Below are positions 37,715 to 51,644 of a stretch of 64,000 nucleotides of DNA, one piece after another. Numbering within the stretch: position 1 is the first letter of the stretch; every line of letters begins with the position of its first letter. Where the stretch lies: assembly GCA_013239625.1 (NCBI GenBank), contig MU053557.1, forward strand, positions 3,254,123 through 3,318,122, in the 5' to 3' direction. This stretch comes from Lama guanicoe (lineage: Eukaryota). The notes under the pieces were generated by a model that made no database searches, was not told the origin of the DNA, and was given only the letters and a program-made list of their open reading frames with translations. A program made the translations under genes and the position numbers.

Positions 37715-37890
37715 TTTTCTTGCCAACCACGCTATTGAAACTCCCCTGGTTATGTCACCAGTGATCTCCGTTTTGTGAAATCTAATCATCCGTTCTCAGC
37801 CCTCAGCTTCCTTGACCTCTCGGCAGCATATCGCAGAGTTAATTACTCCTTCCTTTTTGACAGACTTTCTTCACTTGGCTTTCAGGACCA
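37715..37890 (+). mobile_element. L2 LINE ORF2 (RT) fragment
   Basis: From 37811 it translates LDLSAAYRRVNYSFL, resembling the L2 RT motif LDLSAAFDTVDH. Confidence 0.75.
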
Positions 37891-38380
37891 AATCAAGTCA
37901 GGATCCAATCAAGAATATGCAAATTATTCTTGGTATTTGACAAGAGGAATTTAATTCAGGGCCTTGATGACACAGGTGACAAAAGAGTTAAAAAGTCAAA
38001 CAGGAGAAAGTGAGAAAGCCAGAGACTGGCAACGGCAGAAACACAGTATCAAGCTAGGCTGGAGGAACAAAGAGGAGGGACAAGTCCATGGGCTGGAGGG
38101 ATCCAGCAGAAGCTAGAAACATGGAGGATTTGTCTGGTGGAAGCCGGGGCCAGGAAAGAGATACAGCCACAATCAGAGAAAGAAAGAAAATACCTGGTTT
38201 CCCTTTTCTCCCTCCCTCCAATTTCCCATCAGTGCCCTTCACAAACTAATCCCAGCCAGAAAACAACTAACATGAGAATCTTGGAAAACCAGCTTGCAGC
38301 GATCAGTGCCACTGCCATACAGATCCAAGAGGAAGAGGCTGAGGGATGGAATGAGGGTCTATGGGGCCAAGTCTGCCACA
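37890..38380. mobile_element. Old ERVL LTR (LTR33-like) interrupting L2
   Basis: gaggaatttaattcaggg...ctccctccaatttcccatcagtgccc...cccagccagaaaacaact resembles LTR33 family sequence. Confidence 0.5.
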
Positions 38381-38699
38381 ACAGATGGCTTTATCCCCTA
38401 CTTTGCTGGTAACTCCTCTGACTTTCTGCTGGCTCCCCCTCCTCTCTCCGGACTCCTAACGTCGAGATGCTCCAAAGCTCAGGCCTTGTTTCACCTTCCC
38501 TTCTGGTTATCCACGACTGCTTAACCAGCTCTCATCCCCAGACTCTGACTTGTTTAACACAACAATTTATTGTCACCTCCCATGATTCTGTGGTTGACTG
38601 GGCTCAGCTGGGCAGCTCTCCCTTGGGATCTATCAAGAAGTTTGTCATGATCCCTACAATGTCAATCAGATCTGGCTTCAGAAATGAAGGACCCATTAC

Positions 38700-39080
38700 A
38701 GCAGTTGCTGGGAGTGTGGCTGACAGCCCTCAGCTGTTGGTCTTTTTCAGGGAAAGCCTCAGTTCATGAGAGTCACCTCACCCAAGGTCTCACACCCTTC
38801 CCAGGGTAGCCCGTATCCAAGGACCAATTAATACAGGGCATATAAAGCACAACTCTTTTATCACTACTTGGAACAGATACAAGGAATCATCCCATCCTCA
38901 GAATTCCCTAAAAGCCTCAGTTGAGGTTCTGATGGGGTTGCTTAGGAACTTCATTTCTCCGTCAATCTGCTTCCCACTTTTGCCTTCCATACATTCTATA
39001 GGTATACATCCCCAAAGCACTCCCTAGGGAAACTTCTCTGCCTCAGAATCTACTTCCTGGGGAACCCAACCCACAACATG
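38700..39080. mobile_element. LTR16-like ERVL LTR nested in an MLT1-like LTR (~38500-39450)
   Basis: ctgacagccctcagctg...gagagtcacctcacccaaggtc...ctcagaatctacttcctggggaacccaacc. The flanks carry MLT1-like ctgggctcagctgggcag and ctctccatgtggcttgggttcctctcactatggc. Confidence 0.6.
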
Positions 39081-39459
39081 GTTGTACTCAGTTAGTGGCT
39101 GAGGCAGGAGTCACCTAACAGACGGACTGGGTTGAACATCTACGATGCCTCATTTGCAGAGCTGACCATTGACCCTGACTATCAACGGGGACCATCAGCT
39201 GGAATGTCAAGATACAGCCTCTCCATGTGGCTTGGGTTCCTCTCACTATGGCCACTGGGTTCCAAGCAGGAACATTCCAAACAGAAGTATTGAATAAGCC
39301 TGGGTACACTGTAATTTCCCAGGACATTACGTCTATTGGTCAAAGTCACAAAAATTCAAAGAGAGGAGTATTAGACTTCCTTCTTGATGTGAGAACAATT
39401 TTCCCATACAAGGAGGAAGGAAGTGATACAGGCTTTCTTTGTAAACTTTCTATCACATC

Positions 39460-41130
39460 TTTTCCTCTCTATCACTCCATTAAAACTCCTCTTCTCATGA
39501 TCACCAATAATCTCCATATTGCTAAACCCAATGCTCCATACTCAGTTGTAATCTTACTTGACCTCCCAGCCAGATCTCTCACTTCTCTGATGATCTCATA
39601 ATACCCACAGGCTGAGGACTCCCTAGTTTTTATTCCAGTTCAGTATACTCTTATAATCTATAGACTTCTATATTCAGCTACCCTCTTATCATCTTAAACT
39701 GAGGTGTCAAAACTGAATTCCTGATCTTCCACTGAAATCTTGCTCCTCCTAGAGCCTTCTCTTCCTCATTCATTGCTAACACTATTTTTCCAGTTGCTGA
39801 GACCCAAAAGCTTAGAATCATCTCTCACTCCTGCCTGTCTTTCATACCCTATATCCAACCCAGCAGAAACTCTTGTTAGCTCAACCGTCAGAACATATCC
39901 TGAATCTGACTCCTTTTCACAACTTCCTGCTACTACCCTCATCTGAGCAGCCCCTGCATTACTTCAGTAGGCTCCTAAGTGGACCCTCTATTTCAGCTCT
40001 TGTCCCTCTGGAGTCCATTCATAATTCATCAAACAGTTGGTTCCTTTTAAAACAAGTCAGATCATGTAATTTTCTGCTGAAAAGATCTACAGTGACCCTC
40101 CCTTTCACTCCAAATAATAGTCAAGCCAGTCAAAACTTTACAAGGGCTCACAAGACTTGCAGGATCAGATTCCATGGTCTCTGACCTCATCTTGCCTCTG
40201 ATCCTTCCCTCACACCACTGGCCTCACTGCCGTTCTTTGAACGTGCTATGTGAGCTCTTGTCTTAGGGTCTTTGCATTGGCTAATGATTCTACCTGGAAT
40301 GCTTTTCCTGAAGGTAATCTGATAGTTAACTTCCTCCTCTCCTTGAAGGCTTTGTTCAGATGCCATCTTCCTAAAGAATCCTGTGCTAACCACCTCATTT
40401 TACAATTGAAACCATCTCTTTCAACTTCTAATATTCCAATTCTTTTTCCCCTGCCTTCCCCCCATTTATTCCATAGTATTTATCACCGTCAGAACTTTTA
40501 TATAATTCACTCATTTATTATGTTAATGTCTGTCTCCCCTACATGATAATATGAATCTTTATTTTGATTATCACCATATTCAAAGCACTTAGAGCAATGC
40601 CTGGCACACAATAGAATATATATATATATATATATAATGAAATACTACTCAGCCATAAAAATGAAGTAATACCACTTGCAGCAACATGGATGGATCTAGA
40701 GATTATCATACTAAGTGAAATAAGTCAGAAAGAGAAAGACAAATATTGTATGATATCACTTATATGTGAAACAAAAAAAACCGATACAAATGAACTTATT
40801 TACAAAACAGAAACAGATTCATAAACATAGAAAAGAAACTTATGGTTACCAAAGGGGAAAGGAGGAAGGGATAAATTATAAGTTTGGAATTAGCAGATAC
40901 AAACTACTATATATCAAACTTACACACTACTATACATAAAATAGATAAGTGACAACGTCCTACTGTATAACACAGGAAACTACACTCAATATCTTGTAAT
41001 AACTTATAATGAAAAAGAATATGTACATATATATGACTGAATCACTATGCTGTACACTAGAAACTGACACAACATTGTAAATCAACTAAACTTCAATTAA
41101 ATAAATTTTTGCTGAATGAGTGAATGAATA
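39460..41130 (+). mobile_element. L2 LINE 3' ~1.2 kb with a young L1 tail inserted near its end
   Basis: RT-like ITNNLHIAKPNAPYSVVILLDL (ORF 39227..39601); L2 3' end cttagagcaatgcctggcacac...tgctgaatgagtgaatgaa split by the L1. Confidence 0.8.
40615..41100 (+). mobile_element. 5'-truncated cetartiodactyl-type L1 3' end
   Basis: aatactactcagccataaaa, gcagcaacatggatggatctagagattatcatactaagtgaaataagtcaga, acaacattgtaaatcaacta. Confidence 0.9.
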
Positions 41131-42136
41131 AATCATCACAACCCAGTTCTTTGACATCGGTGCATGCAATTCATCTAGCTGAAGGTTTAGATGAGGAATG
41201 TACTTTTGACCCAGTTTAGGTCAATGAAACAGAAGGAAAATCTTTGCTGAGTAATTCTGAAACTCCCTCATTCTTCTAAGAGAGTGTCTAAAAAGCATCT
41301 CTTCCCACCTTCTGACGGTATGGCATGAGGATATGAAATCTGGCACTGCTGCGGCCTTTTTTTTCATGAGGATGGCCGTTCTCAGGATAATATTGTCAAT
41401 ATGGAAGGCCAAGTACACTGATGGAAACATGAGTCCTTGGTGACATTGTGGAGTTGCTGAATTAAATCAATCCTGAGGCCATTGCTAACTTTGAACATTC
41501 TAGTTATACAAGGCAAGACACCTCCTTTGTTAGTTAAACCAATTTTGAATTGCATTTTGATTACTTATGGTAGAGAAATCCTTTCTCAGATACCCCTTCA
41601 ACAAGATGTTGGTTCTGCAATATAGAGATACATCTATGAGTATCTCAGATGGTGTAATCGAAAGTCCTACATTTGTTTTCTGAATTCTCCCTGACTTTCT
41701 ATGTTGTCATAAACTAATTCAAATATACTCCCTCCATCGAGTTTTCTGGGCTCATAAATATTTTTGCAAGGAGTGGATCTTTAATTTTTAAAAATTACTG
41801 TTTACTTATTAATCAAATAGTATCTATTTTTTGATAACTGACCTAAGCAAATAGCTTTGGATATGTGCACCGCTGATTTATGATATTTTGAATGTCTTTC
41901 TGCTCAAACTAGGACAAATATCAGCAAATTGTGTGGCTTCTTACTACTTTCTGAGTCTACTTCCTACAACTTTCCCCTTCTGGCTTTGTTCTAGCCACAG
42001 TGGTCTTGTCCCTTCCAAAACAACAAGCATGCCTCTATCTCAGGGCTTTGAACTTGACATTGGCTCAGCCTGGTGCACTCTTTTTCTAGCTGTCTTTATG
42101 GTTTCCTCACTCAACTTCAAGCCTTTCAAATGTCAC

Positions 42137-42591
42137 TGTGATGGTTAATTTTATGTCAAACTGATAAATCTCAGGGATTCTCAGATAGCTGGCAAAACAC
42201 TATTTTTGGGTGTGTCTGTTAGGATGTTTCTGGAAGATATTAGCATTTGAATCAGTAGACTGAGTAAAAAAGATCACCTTTACCAATGTCCGTAGGCATC
42301 CTCCAATCTGTTGAGGACTTGAATAGCATACAAAGGAGAAAGAAGGATAAATTTCGTCTCCGCTTGAGAATCCACCTTCTCCTGTTCTAGGACTCTGGTG
42401 CTCCTGGTTCTCAGTCCTTTGACTTTGGACTGGAACTCTGCCACCGGTCTTCCCCAACCTGCCGCTGACAGATGGCAGATATTGGGACTTCTCAGCCCCC
42501 ATAAATGTGTGAGCCAATCTCTCATAATAAATCTGTTTCTATGTATCTATATCCTATGGTTATGTTTCCCCAGAGTACCTTGACTAATACA
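42137..42591 (+). mobile_element. MLT2 (ERVL) solo LTR inserted in an L2 (~41950-42880)
   Basis: Starts tgtgatggttaattttatgtc and ends gactaataca; 5-bp TSD gtcac (42132-42136) and gtcaa (42592-42596). Confidence 0.9.
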
Positions 42592-45479
42592 GTCAATCTT
42601 CTTAATAAGGCTTTTTTTGACCTCCCTATTTAAAATTATATCATTCCCACTTCATTCCCTAACCCCATTCCTGTCTTTATTTTACTTTATTGTGATTAAT
42701 ACCTTCTCTCATGTAATTTAATATACTTATTAATTTTATTTGTCTTCCCCAGGAAGGTAAAGGTTTTGTCCTGTTTAAAAATTATTATTATAAGCCCAAA
42801 GCCTTAAACAGTGCTGGGCACATGTCTAGAGACCCAATAAATATTTGTTGAATTTATTGAGTGAATGAATGAATGAATTCATATAGGAGAGCATCAATTT
42901 TACAGTGATGTTATTTTGCCTGCTTTTCATATTGATTTTCTACATAGTATATTATCACTTCTAGTAATTCTGAGTAAATATCTCATAGTATTAAGTTCAT
43001 TAGCTTCTTCCTATGAAGAATCACATGCAAAAAAGCAGAAAATGCATGCATTATACATCGGACACTATACAAACCACAAGAAGGAGCAGTCATATACAAC
43101 CACTGAGGTCCTTGTGTGGACTCAGAAGTTTACTGAGAACTAATGTGAGTCTCTCACCTCTTCTCAGCTCTTAGACATCACCCTTGAGATTAGAGCTACA
43201 TTTCCTGGAGAAGCCAATCTCCCTATCCAAGTCACTATTCTGACATTTTCTTTAGAAGCCTTGAAATGATCTCTCTGGGCTAATTTTACCCCACTACACA
43301 GTGTATGTCCCAAAACCAAATCCCAGTCAATTCTATGTATATCTGTGAATTCTCTAAGTCAAAAAACAAAATAACAGAAACATCATTCTTCCTAATTAAC
43401 TAACCACATGGCCCAATAAGGAAAAAAAGCCTGGTTTGGAGGAGGATTCTAAATAGGATTCTTGTAGAGTTGGTTGATATAATCTCTTCATTTTATATTG
43501 TCTTGCTTTTTCCATCTGATTCTGGGGAAAAAGCCTTGGAGATTTTCAAATAAAAATGGTCCTCTGAATAGGAATGTAAGTACAATCTAAGTTCAGAAAA
43601 GGAACATCTGGACTATAAGCTGATGAGAGGCTCACATGGAATGTAGATGGTAAGATGGAAAAGATTCTTTATATTTCTCCCTGAATCACTTTTTGTTTTC
43701 CATAGAGTTAACCACAGACAGATGCCTGGGAGTCTACTGTGTTTAATTTCTCTTTTATCATTCTGTTCATTGTCCAGTCTCTACTCCATTAAGCTTCATG
43801 TTCAAGGCCATGGTCAAGGTGACCATCATTCCTGCTCTTTCCTGGGAGGATGGGGCTAGCTCCTTATAGACCTTCTCAGGAGTAGAATTAGGATGCATAG
43901 CATACAAGGCAAACATACCTTCCTTTGACTGATATTGGCTGTCATTCAGAGTAATATTAATGATAATTTTTTTAAAATAGTAAGCTAAAAGACTTCTCAC
44001 TCGTGGTAAAAAAGAAAATGAATACATGGATTTGGGGAAGATGTGGGGCATCTTTGCAATAGGCATTTAGCTGGTGGTGGTATATGGAAGTTGTTTAGGG
44101 ATAAATAGGAATCAGATCTAACAAAGCAGACACTCAAAAATGTATATTTGCTGAATCAATGAGTGAACCAATAATTTGATTCAAATCCCAATTTAGCAGA
44201 TATTTGATTTGTGTCCAGTTTTTAAATATGTTCTAGCCTCAACTTCTTTCAGCTACAAAATGGTAATAATAAGTAGGATTACCTAACATCATGCTTGTCA
44301 AGTGCTTAGCACAGCACAAGCACAGAGTAATTGTTCGGGAAATAAAGATCTATTTTCACTATTCTACTTGACAGCTTCACACGGGTGAACAAATTGCTGA
44401 ATGATGGAAAGGGAGAGTCCACACGAAATAATAGGCTTGGGTTGACTGATGAGGTTGATGATAATGGCTTCACAGTGGTCCAGTGTCTCTTTGCTTTGCT
44501 CTTGTGTATTGCAGGTCTGCTAGATGCATCCACAAAATTTCCCGCTAGCCGAATACATGAATAGTTCTACCCAGCATAGAAAACAGTAGTTATTTATCTA
44601 GGTCCTCATATTGTCTTCATACTCTGCTATGAGGATCCTTAGGACTGTATAGAGATACCTGAAGACAATCTGGCACCCTAACTTTTATATACTTGATATA
44701 TCGGGATCTGCAGATTTGTGGCTGCTCCCTTAAAAATGTTTGGAAACATATTGGCATTGGTAACTCATACTAATATTTAGTCATTTATTTTATTCCTGTA
44801 TCTTCTAGATCCTGAATATATAAAAAAAAGAGCCAAAAAAGATTTAATCTCTGTCCCAATGAAGTGGATGATCTCGTATGTGAGACAGAAATTTAAGCAA
44901 ACACACACTAAATACATAACTACAAGTGTTAAGTAGTGATGAAAATGAGGGGTCCTTTTAATTGGGAGTTCTGAATATTAAATTTATGATGAAATACTTT
45001 GAGGGACAAACTGGTATCCCCAAATGTAGGAATGACTGGGTGACTGAACTTGAAACTTTTTTTAATAGAAAAATTCACAAATCACTTTTTTTGGTAAGAA
45101 TCTATTCAAATGCATTCCAAATTGGTTCTAGCCAATTCAAAAACAAAGAAAAAAGAAAATTCCCACTGTGCAGAGCAAGGGAAATGGTAAGACAAATAGG
45201 TTTGTGGAAATGGAAGAACTTTTTTTCGCTTCTTTAAGCGTTATATGGAATTATTAGCTTGTGGGGGAACTGAGCGTAATATGTGGTTTACTGCTTAGTG
45301 CCTTTAAGAAACGTCATTGTTTTTAGATTATTTTGTGGTAAGGCCATAGTCTTTTCTATGGTTTCGTCTCCAACAATAATGGAGACTGAAAGTTTGCGAT
45401 CCTGGAAACAGAGAGCAAATCCCATCTTGGATCTTGTTGGGGACTGACCCTGAATCCAACCTTATCAAGGGTCCTCTTT

Positions 45480-46475
45480 TTAAAAAATTCTCACTGAAGT
45501 ATAACAGAGCACAAATCATAAGTGTGTAGTTTGCAGAATTATGGCAAAGTGAACATGCCTGAATAGCCACTTCCCATGGAAAAAACTAGAACGTTGCTAA
45601 AAAATCTTGCTTGTGTCCTTTCCCAGTCATTACCCCTGCCTCTTCAGGGTCATTACTACCCAGACATCTAACACTATACATTCATCTCACTATACAGTAT
45701 TCAACACTATGTATTCATTATATAGTCATAACACTGTATATGCTTAACTCTGTATATTCATTGCATATAAATGAACCATTCATTTCAAACCATTCATTCA
45801 TTCATTCATTCAAATTATCTAATCCTGCCTTTTTTCTCTTAACTTTATTTTGGGAAGATTGCCCATGTTTTTGTATGTAGCAGGAATTCATTTATTATTA
45901 TTATGTCTTTGTAGTATTACATGGTATAAATTTATTTATCCAATCTGCTCTTGATGGACATTGGGGTTGTTTCCAGTTTGAGGCTACCGAGAATGATGCT
46001 GCGGTAAACCTCCTTCTATGGAGTTTTTAGTGACCAGACACATAGATTTCTACTGGGAATACATCTAGTAGTGAATTGCTGGACCACAGGTTTGTGTCTG
46101 CTCAATATTAATGGATGATACTAAGCCATTTCAATGTAGTTGTACCCATTTTTACTCCTTCTGGCACTAGATAAGAACTTCAGTTTGAATTAAAAAATGG
46201 TAAATTCTTAGAAGTTTGGGATTAACAGATACACATTATTATTTATAAAACAGATAAACAACAAGGACCAACTGTATAGCACAGGGAACTATATTCAACT
46301 TCTTGTAATGAGCCATAATGGAAAAAAATGGAAAATACATATATGTATGTATGTATATGTATAACTGAATCACTTTGCTATACACTTGAAACTAACATTG
46401 TAAATTGACTACACTTCAGTAAAAAAATAAGAGCAAAAAAAAGGTCAATCTTTTTAATGTTAGCCATTTTGGCAG
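45480..46475 (-). mobile_element. Old L1 (L1ME/MC-like) 3' region containing a younger plus-strand L1 tail at ~46210-46440
   Basis: ttgatggacattggggttgtttccagtttgaggcta on the minus strand. The nested segment has agataaacaacaaggaccaactgtatagcacagggaactatattcaa and a poly(A). Confidence 0.75.
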
Positions 46476-46669
46476 GAAATAACCTTATTTTAATAATGTT
46501 TCTTTATGCAATCATTTTTTTCTTTGCCAACTAATTTCATACTCATAACAGTTGGACATAAATGTCACTTGCTATAAATCACTTCTTAAAAATAGATACT
46601 CTAAAATCTTTGATCATCCCCAATTCCTGACTCCCCTATATTATCTTCCAGATGTAATAGTAAAAATAA

Positions 46670-46905
46670 TGACAATAATAATAGTTTAAATATGCTGAAG
46701 GCTTACTATATGCCAAGTTCTATTGATTTATTCCTCTGAACATCAATTTATTGATTTATCCCTCATAACACCACTATGAGACAGGGTCTAGTATTAGCCT
46801 CTTTTTATAGGGCCCAGAGAAATTAATTAACTTGTCCAAAGAGGCACAGTTAGTAACTGTTGAGACTTGGGTTAAATCACAGGGAGTCCAACTTCAGAGC
46901 CACTG
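46670..46905 (-). mobile_element. MIR SINE
   Basis: cctcataacaccactatgagacaggg...ggcccagagaaattaattaacttgtccaa. Confidence 0.7.
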
Positions 46906-47642
46906 TTAAAGTATAATTTGCATTACTACATATCCACAAATAGTAGGAAATCCAGCATTCTCCTGTTAACCTTAAAAGTTCTTGGAGGCTTACATATTTT
47001 CCTATTCATTGCTTTCTCACATTGCTGGCTTTTGATGAATTGTTACTGTCACTCTTACCTTTCTATCTACTCTATTCTCCGGTAGGCTAGGTTTGACCCA
47101 GATGTACCTACAGCATATTTTCCTTGATTTTTAAAAAATATGCCAATATAAGGAAATATATCATATTAGTTAAAGAGAATTATGTCATGTAACAAAGCTG
47201 ATGATATAAAATGTAATGCAAGGTTCTCATGTTCCTAAAATCCTATTGCCAGTCAGACTGCTAGCAACGGTCACTGGCCAACTTCTCTGCAGGTCCTCAC
47301 ACTGCTGCCATTTTATTTTTTCCATTTCATCCTCTCTTTAACATTTACCTTTCATCCCTCCAGTCTATATATTCAAGCCCTATATGTGCATTTCTGAGCC
47401 TTTTCACCACTCTTGGATTACTCTAGAAAACTTTAACAAGTCTTCTTCTGGATATAGAACTATTTAGTTCTTTTGATTTGATTTCTTGGTCTTTCAGTCT
47501 GTCTCTTGATCTAGAGGCCTTCATTTTCCCAACCACAATGGATGATTGTGGGGTCCTGCTGACATCATAGTCTTCTGTTAACCTGATCAGAGTCTTAGCC
47601 ATGGCCTCTTCATATCAGTCTTTCTTTAAGTGGAAGAAAACT

Positions 47643-47990
47643 TGTATTAGTTAGGCAAAAATAGGTGTTGTAACAAACACACTGCAAAATGCATAATGGC
47701 TCAAATACAAGAGAAGCTGATTTCTTGTCCACATAAAACCCACAGTAAGTGTTTCTGACTGGACAGTAACTCTCCTGCACAGGGTGATGCAGGTTCCTTC
47801 CATTCCATGCCCCTGCTACCTTCAACGTCTAGCTTCTCCGATTGCTGTCATTTTTTAGCATCAAGTCAGGGGAAGTATGAGAGCTGGGAGCTTTTTATGA
47901 ACCAATGACACTAACCACAAGGTAGCCTGGAAGACATTTTCTAGCCCTAGCCCCAGAAAGAAGAGTAGATGGTTCTGGAGACTGACTCAC
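47643..47990 (-). mobile_element. Old MaLR LTR (MLT1J/K-like)
   Basis: tgtattagttagg...tgtaacaaac...aatggctcaaatacaagagaagctgatttcttgtccacataa. Confidence 0.6.
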
Positions 47991-49239
47991 GGTCTCTGCC
48001 CCTGGGCAGGATGGAATTCTGTTCCCTTCTGCTATGAAATGGGCCACACCTCTCCCACCCCCTCCTACCTCAAAATGATGGAAACAAAAAACAGTTTAAA
48101 TGGTGGAAACAAAAGTAGTTTCTGTCATTTTCAGATGCTAGGAAACCTGTCTGATTAAACACAGAACAGGGAATGTGCCTGTGAAACAGGTGCTTCCAAA
48201 GCAATGAGACCAGGGAAGTGGGAGAGGCAGGGTGTCAAGGTTCATATGGAGCAGAAAGAGGAAAAGGAAAAAGAAGAGAAGCCTACCTGCATCACTGGCC
48301 CCAGGGTATTACTTTGCCTTTATCATGTCTTCTACCTATAAATCCTTCATGTTCAAAGCACTCAACAAAGAATTGATGCTTTGCAATTGTTTCCTGTGAG
48401 AGATGAAGTAGGAAGGATGTGATTTCACAAAAGGGGGATGTGAGAATTTCAAACTGGTTGATGTCATGCAATAAAGGATTGCGGACAAGCGGCTGAGTGA
48501 GCTTCCTTGTTCATTTTATGTGATGGCTATATACCATGTCTGTGTGTGTCTGTGTGTGTGTTGGGGGCAGGGGTGGAGAGCTATGTTTGAGTCCCCATTC
48601 CCTCTTTCCTTTCAATGGCTAACTCCATGCTCTTTGCTGAGAAAGTGGAGTGGATTGGCCCAAAGAGAGCTGACATTTTCCTGTCATCTTTCAGAACGAT
48701 TTCTATTCGGTGCATGCTGGATAACCAAGAAATTGTATTCTAATTAAACTACTCTTTTTGTCTTCAAGCAGTTGAAAAAATTTTCAGTCTTTTTCATTTT
48801 TACTCTCAGACAATGAGTTTTCTGGCTTATGGATTTATCTACAGACATTTGCTCTTCCTCAGATTAGAGGCAGGGGCAATATGCTGAAGCAAGTGGGGAG
48901 CAACACTTTTCCGAATTTCAGATACTGGGATTTCCCCCTCACTCAGTTTGTTGACTATTTATACAAAGGCATGGAAATCAAAGGGATAATTTGAAGATTT
49001 TAAACTATGTGTTAGTAAGAACAAATATTAGTGATGGGTATTAAAATGATACAAGAGACCTATGCACATTCCTATATTGGAAATATTTCCCCATATTAAA
49101 TGGAGAATGGAGAAATCTGTAAATGGTGGCCTTTTGATGAGGGCACAAGAACCATTTTCAAATTAGAGATTGCTCTTCTGATAAGCATTTATTTTATATT
49201 TTTATGTCAATTAGCTAGGAAGTAAAATACCGATTAAAG

Positions 49240-49480
49240 AGGAAAAACCCTGAAGTCAGTGCCACAGGTAGAATCTTGACTTTGGCACTTTAAAATAGTG
49301 TGATACTGAGCAAATTTCTTAACCTCTCTGTGCCTCGTTTTCCTAATCTTTAAAATGGGAATAAATAAATAAATAAATAAAATGGGAATAATAATAATTG
49401 TATTAATAATAATCACCTTTCAGGTTGTTTGGATGATTAAATGAGTTACTAAATATAAAATACTTCGCACAGTTGTCTGG
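49240..49480 (+). mobile_element. MIR SINE
   Basis: gcaaatttcttaacctctctgtgcctcgttttcctaatctttaaaatgggaataa...ggatgattaaatgagtta. Confidence 0.85.
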
Positions 49481-50273
49481 CAAAAATTAACTAAATTATG
49501 AAAGGAAAAGTGGTGTCCTCACTGATGGATTCTAACCTTAAATTTAATTTGTCATTTACTCCCCAAGACCCACATTCACTCATATAACACACACACAGTA
49601 CTCTACAGTCCAGGTATATTAGTGTTTGGTGTGAATTCTACCAAGCTTTTACTTCTATACACACAAAACATGTCTGTGTACATATTCATATATTACCTAT
49701 TTATATGTTTTGTATTTAATAAAAATTGAAGTGAGATCTAATTAATAATTCTGTTCTATAGCTTGATTTTCTCCCCTACTTTGTGTTTCTCGGCCTTTGC
49801 TCTAAGTCTATTATAAAGATCTATGTTTAAATTTTTGCTTAGGATGCCAAGGTTTGAGTGTGTGGTTAACTTAACAGTCCTCAAATGAAGAACGTTTGAG
49901 CACTTAAAATTTTTTCACTTTACCTCACAAAATAGTAAAAGTCCCAAGTAACATTATACACACCTTTGGAATATTCAAGGAAATGTAGTGAAGCAGGAGT
50001 CAGAGATTTTAGTCTTCGTAAAGGTCATTGGTCGTCATTTAAGGTCATTCGTGAACACTGTGGCTGCATGACTTGTTCAAGATGGAAAGCTAAGAAGTAC
50101 TGAAATGAGACTCAAATCCAAGTCCGCTCCCTTCCAGGACAAGAGGAGTCTATGGTAGGGGTGTGGTATTGGTACCAGTACCGGGCCTAGAAGAATTCGA
50201 TTTTGGTCTTAACAACTAGGGGTCAGAGACAATATGTGACTCACCCAGGATCACACAGCTCCTAAGTGACAGA

Positions 50274-50796
50274 TGACAGATTGCCTCCTTGACCAAACTC
50301 TAGCCAAGTCTCTGACGTCTCATCACTAGGTCTCAACCTTGGCCTATAAAAACATGGACAAAATGCTGACATCTCCCAGCTCAAAGCCTCACTCTTAGGA
50401 TGACCCTAACCCCCTTTAAGTGCCCACCTGAGAAAAATCAGGCTGCCAAAAGAATTCACTGTTTGTTCCACCAACACCTGAGGAGAGGACCCCGTCTCCC
50501 AGCCTCGGTGGGAGGTGAGGAGCCCAACTTCGGTAGCAGCGTTAGTCAACAAACCAGGTGGCTTCACATGGACCGCCCCTCCCTTCCCAGCTTTTGTAAT
50601 TTTTCACTTCCCTGGCTCTCCTGAGCCTCTGCTCACCACACTCCCTAAGCCTTCATTCTCCCTTTAAAACACCCAGTCACTTCTGTCCGAATCAAGTAGA
50701 GGTCAGTTCACACGGGCCTCTTCCCATTTGCAGTAGGACACTAGGACTAAAATCTGTCCTTACCACTTTAACTAGTGTCTGGCTTTATCTTTGACA
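50274..50796 (+). mobile_element. ERV1 solo LTR (MER31/MER67-like) inserted in a MIR
   Basis: TG...CA termini (tgacagattgcctccttgaccaaactctagcc ... tttatctttgaca), 4-bp TSD caga/taga, and the MIR continues on both sides. Confidence 0.75.
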
Positions 50797-51377
50797 TAGA
50801 GCAGGGCTGCCCTAGAGCCCAGATTGCCCCTTCTAATCTCGAGCTCTTCAGTGACTCCTAGGATTTTATCTTTGGGGGACCCACGGTGATCTGGAACACC
50901 ACTGTAACGCCGAGTCTGGTGACTCAGGCTGCTGGGAAGCTCTGTTCCATTTTCTCTCTTTTTCCTTTCTGGAACCTGAAGGCTTAGCCCTGTGACCGAT
51001 AGTTTCTATTCCTCCTGGCAACAAAAAGAGAAGCGATCATGGGCAGCCTTAGTGTGTTTGCTGTGACACCTAACTAAATATATTCTCCTCGCTCTGCCAG
51101 GTTTCCTGGACTTTCCACATTAGTTCAAACTTTTCAGTCTCAGAGGCTCTTTATCAAGTGTGTTTATTCATAGGAACTCATTAGGGCTTTTAGAAAACAT
51201 AAACCTGTATCATATTATTTTTAGACAGCAGGATGAAAAGGAAAGGCAGCATAGTTAATTTTGATGGAGAAGAAAGACATTTGAATTTTTGGATGTGAAG
51301 AGGAGGCATGTGATGGATGACCAAGATCGTTATGAGACACCTAAGTAGAAGGGTTGTCAAATGGCAAGGGAGGTTTC

Positions 51378-51630
51378 TTTTTTTTAACATACAACAACCT
51401 TACTGAGATATAATTGTCATATCACATCATTCCCCCATTTCAAGCATACAATCCAATAACTTTTAGTGTTTCACAGAGTTGTGCAACCATCACTACTGTC
51501 AATTTTAGAACATTTTCATGACCCTCAAAAGAAACCTTTCACCCATTATTAGTATTTACTCCCTATTTTCCCCAACCCTCCCTGCAGGTGCAGGCAACCA
51601 GTAACCTACTTTCTGTCTCTATAATTTGCA
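51378..51630 (-). mobile_element. L1 (L1MB-like) 3' end, short
   Basis: Poly(T) at the left end, then tcacagagttgtgcaaccatcactact...aattttagaacattttcat. Confidence 0.8.
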
Positions 51631-51644
51631 GCAAAGGAGTTTGG

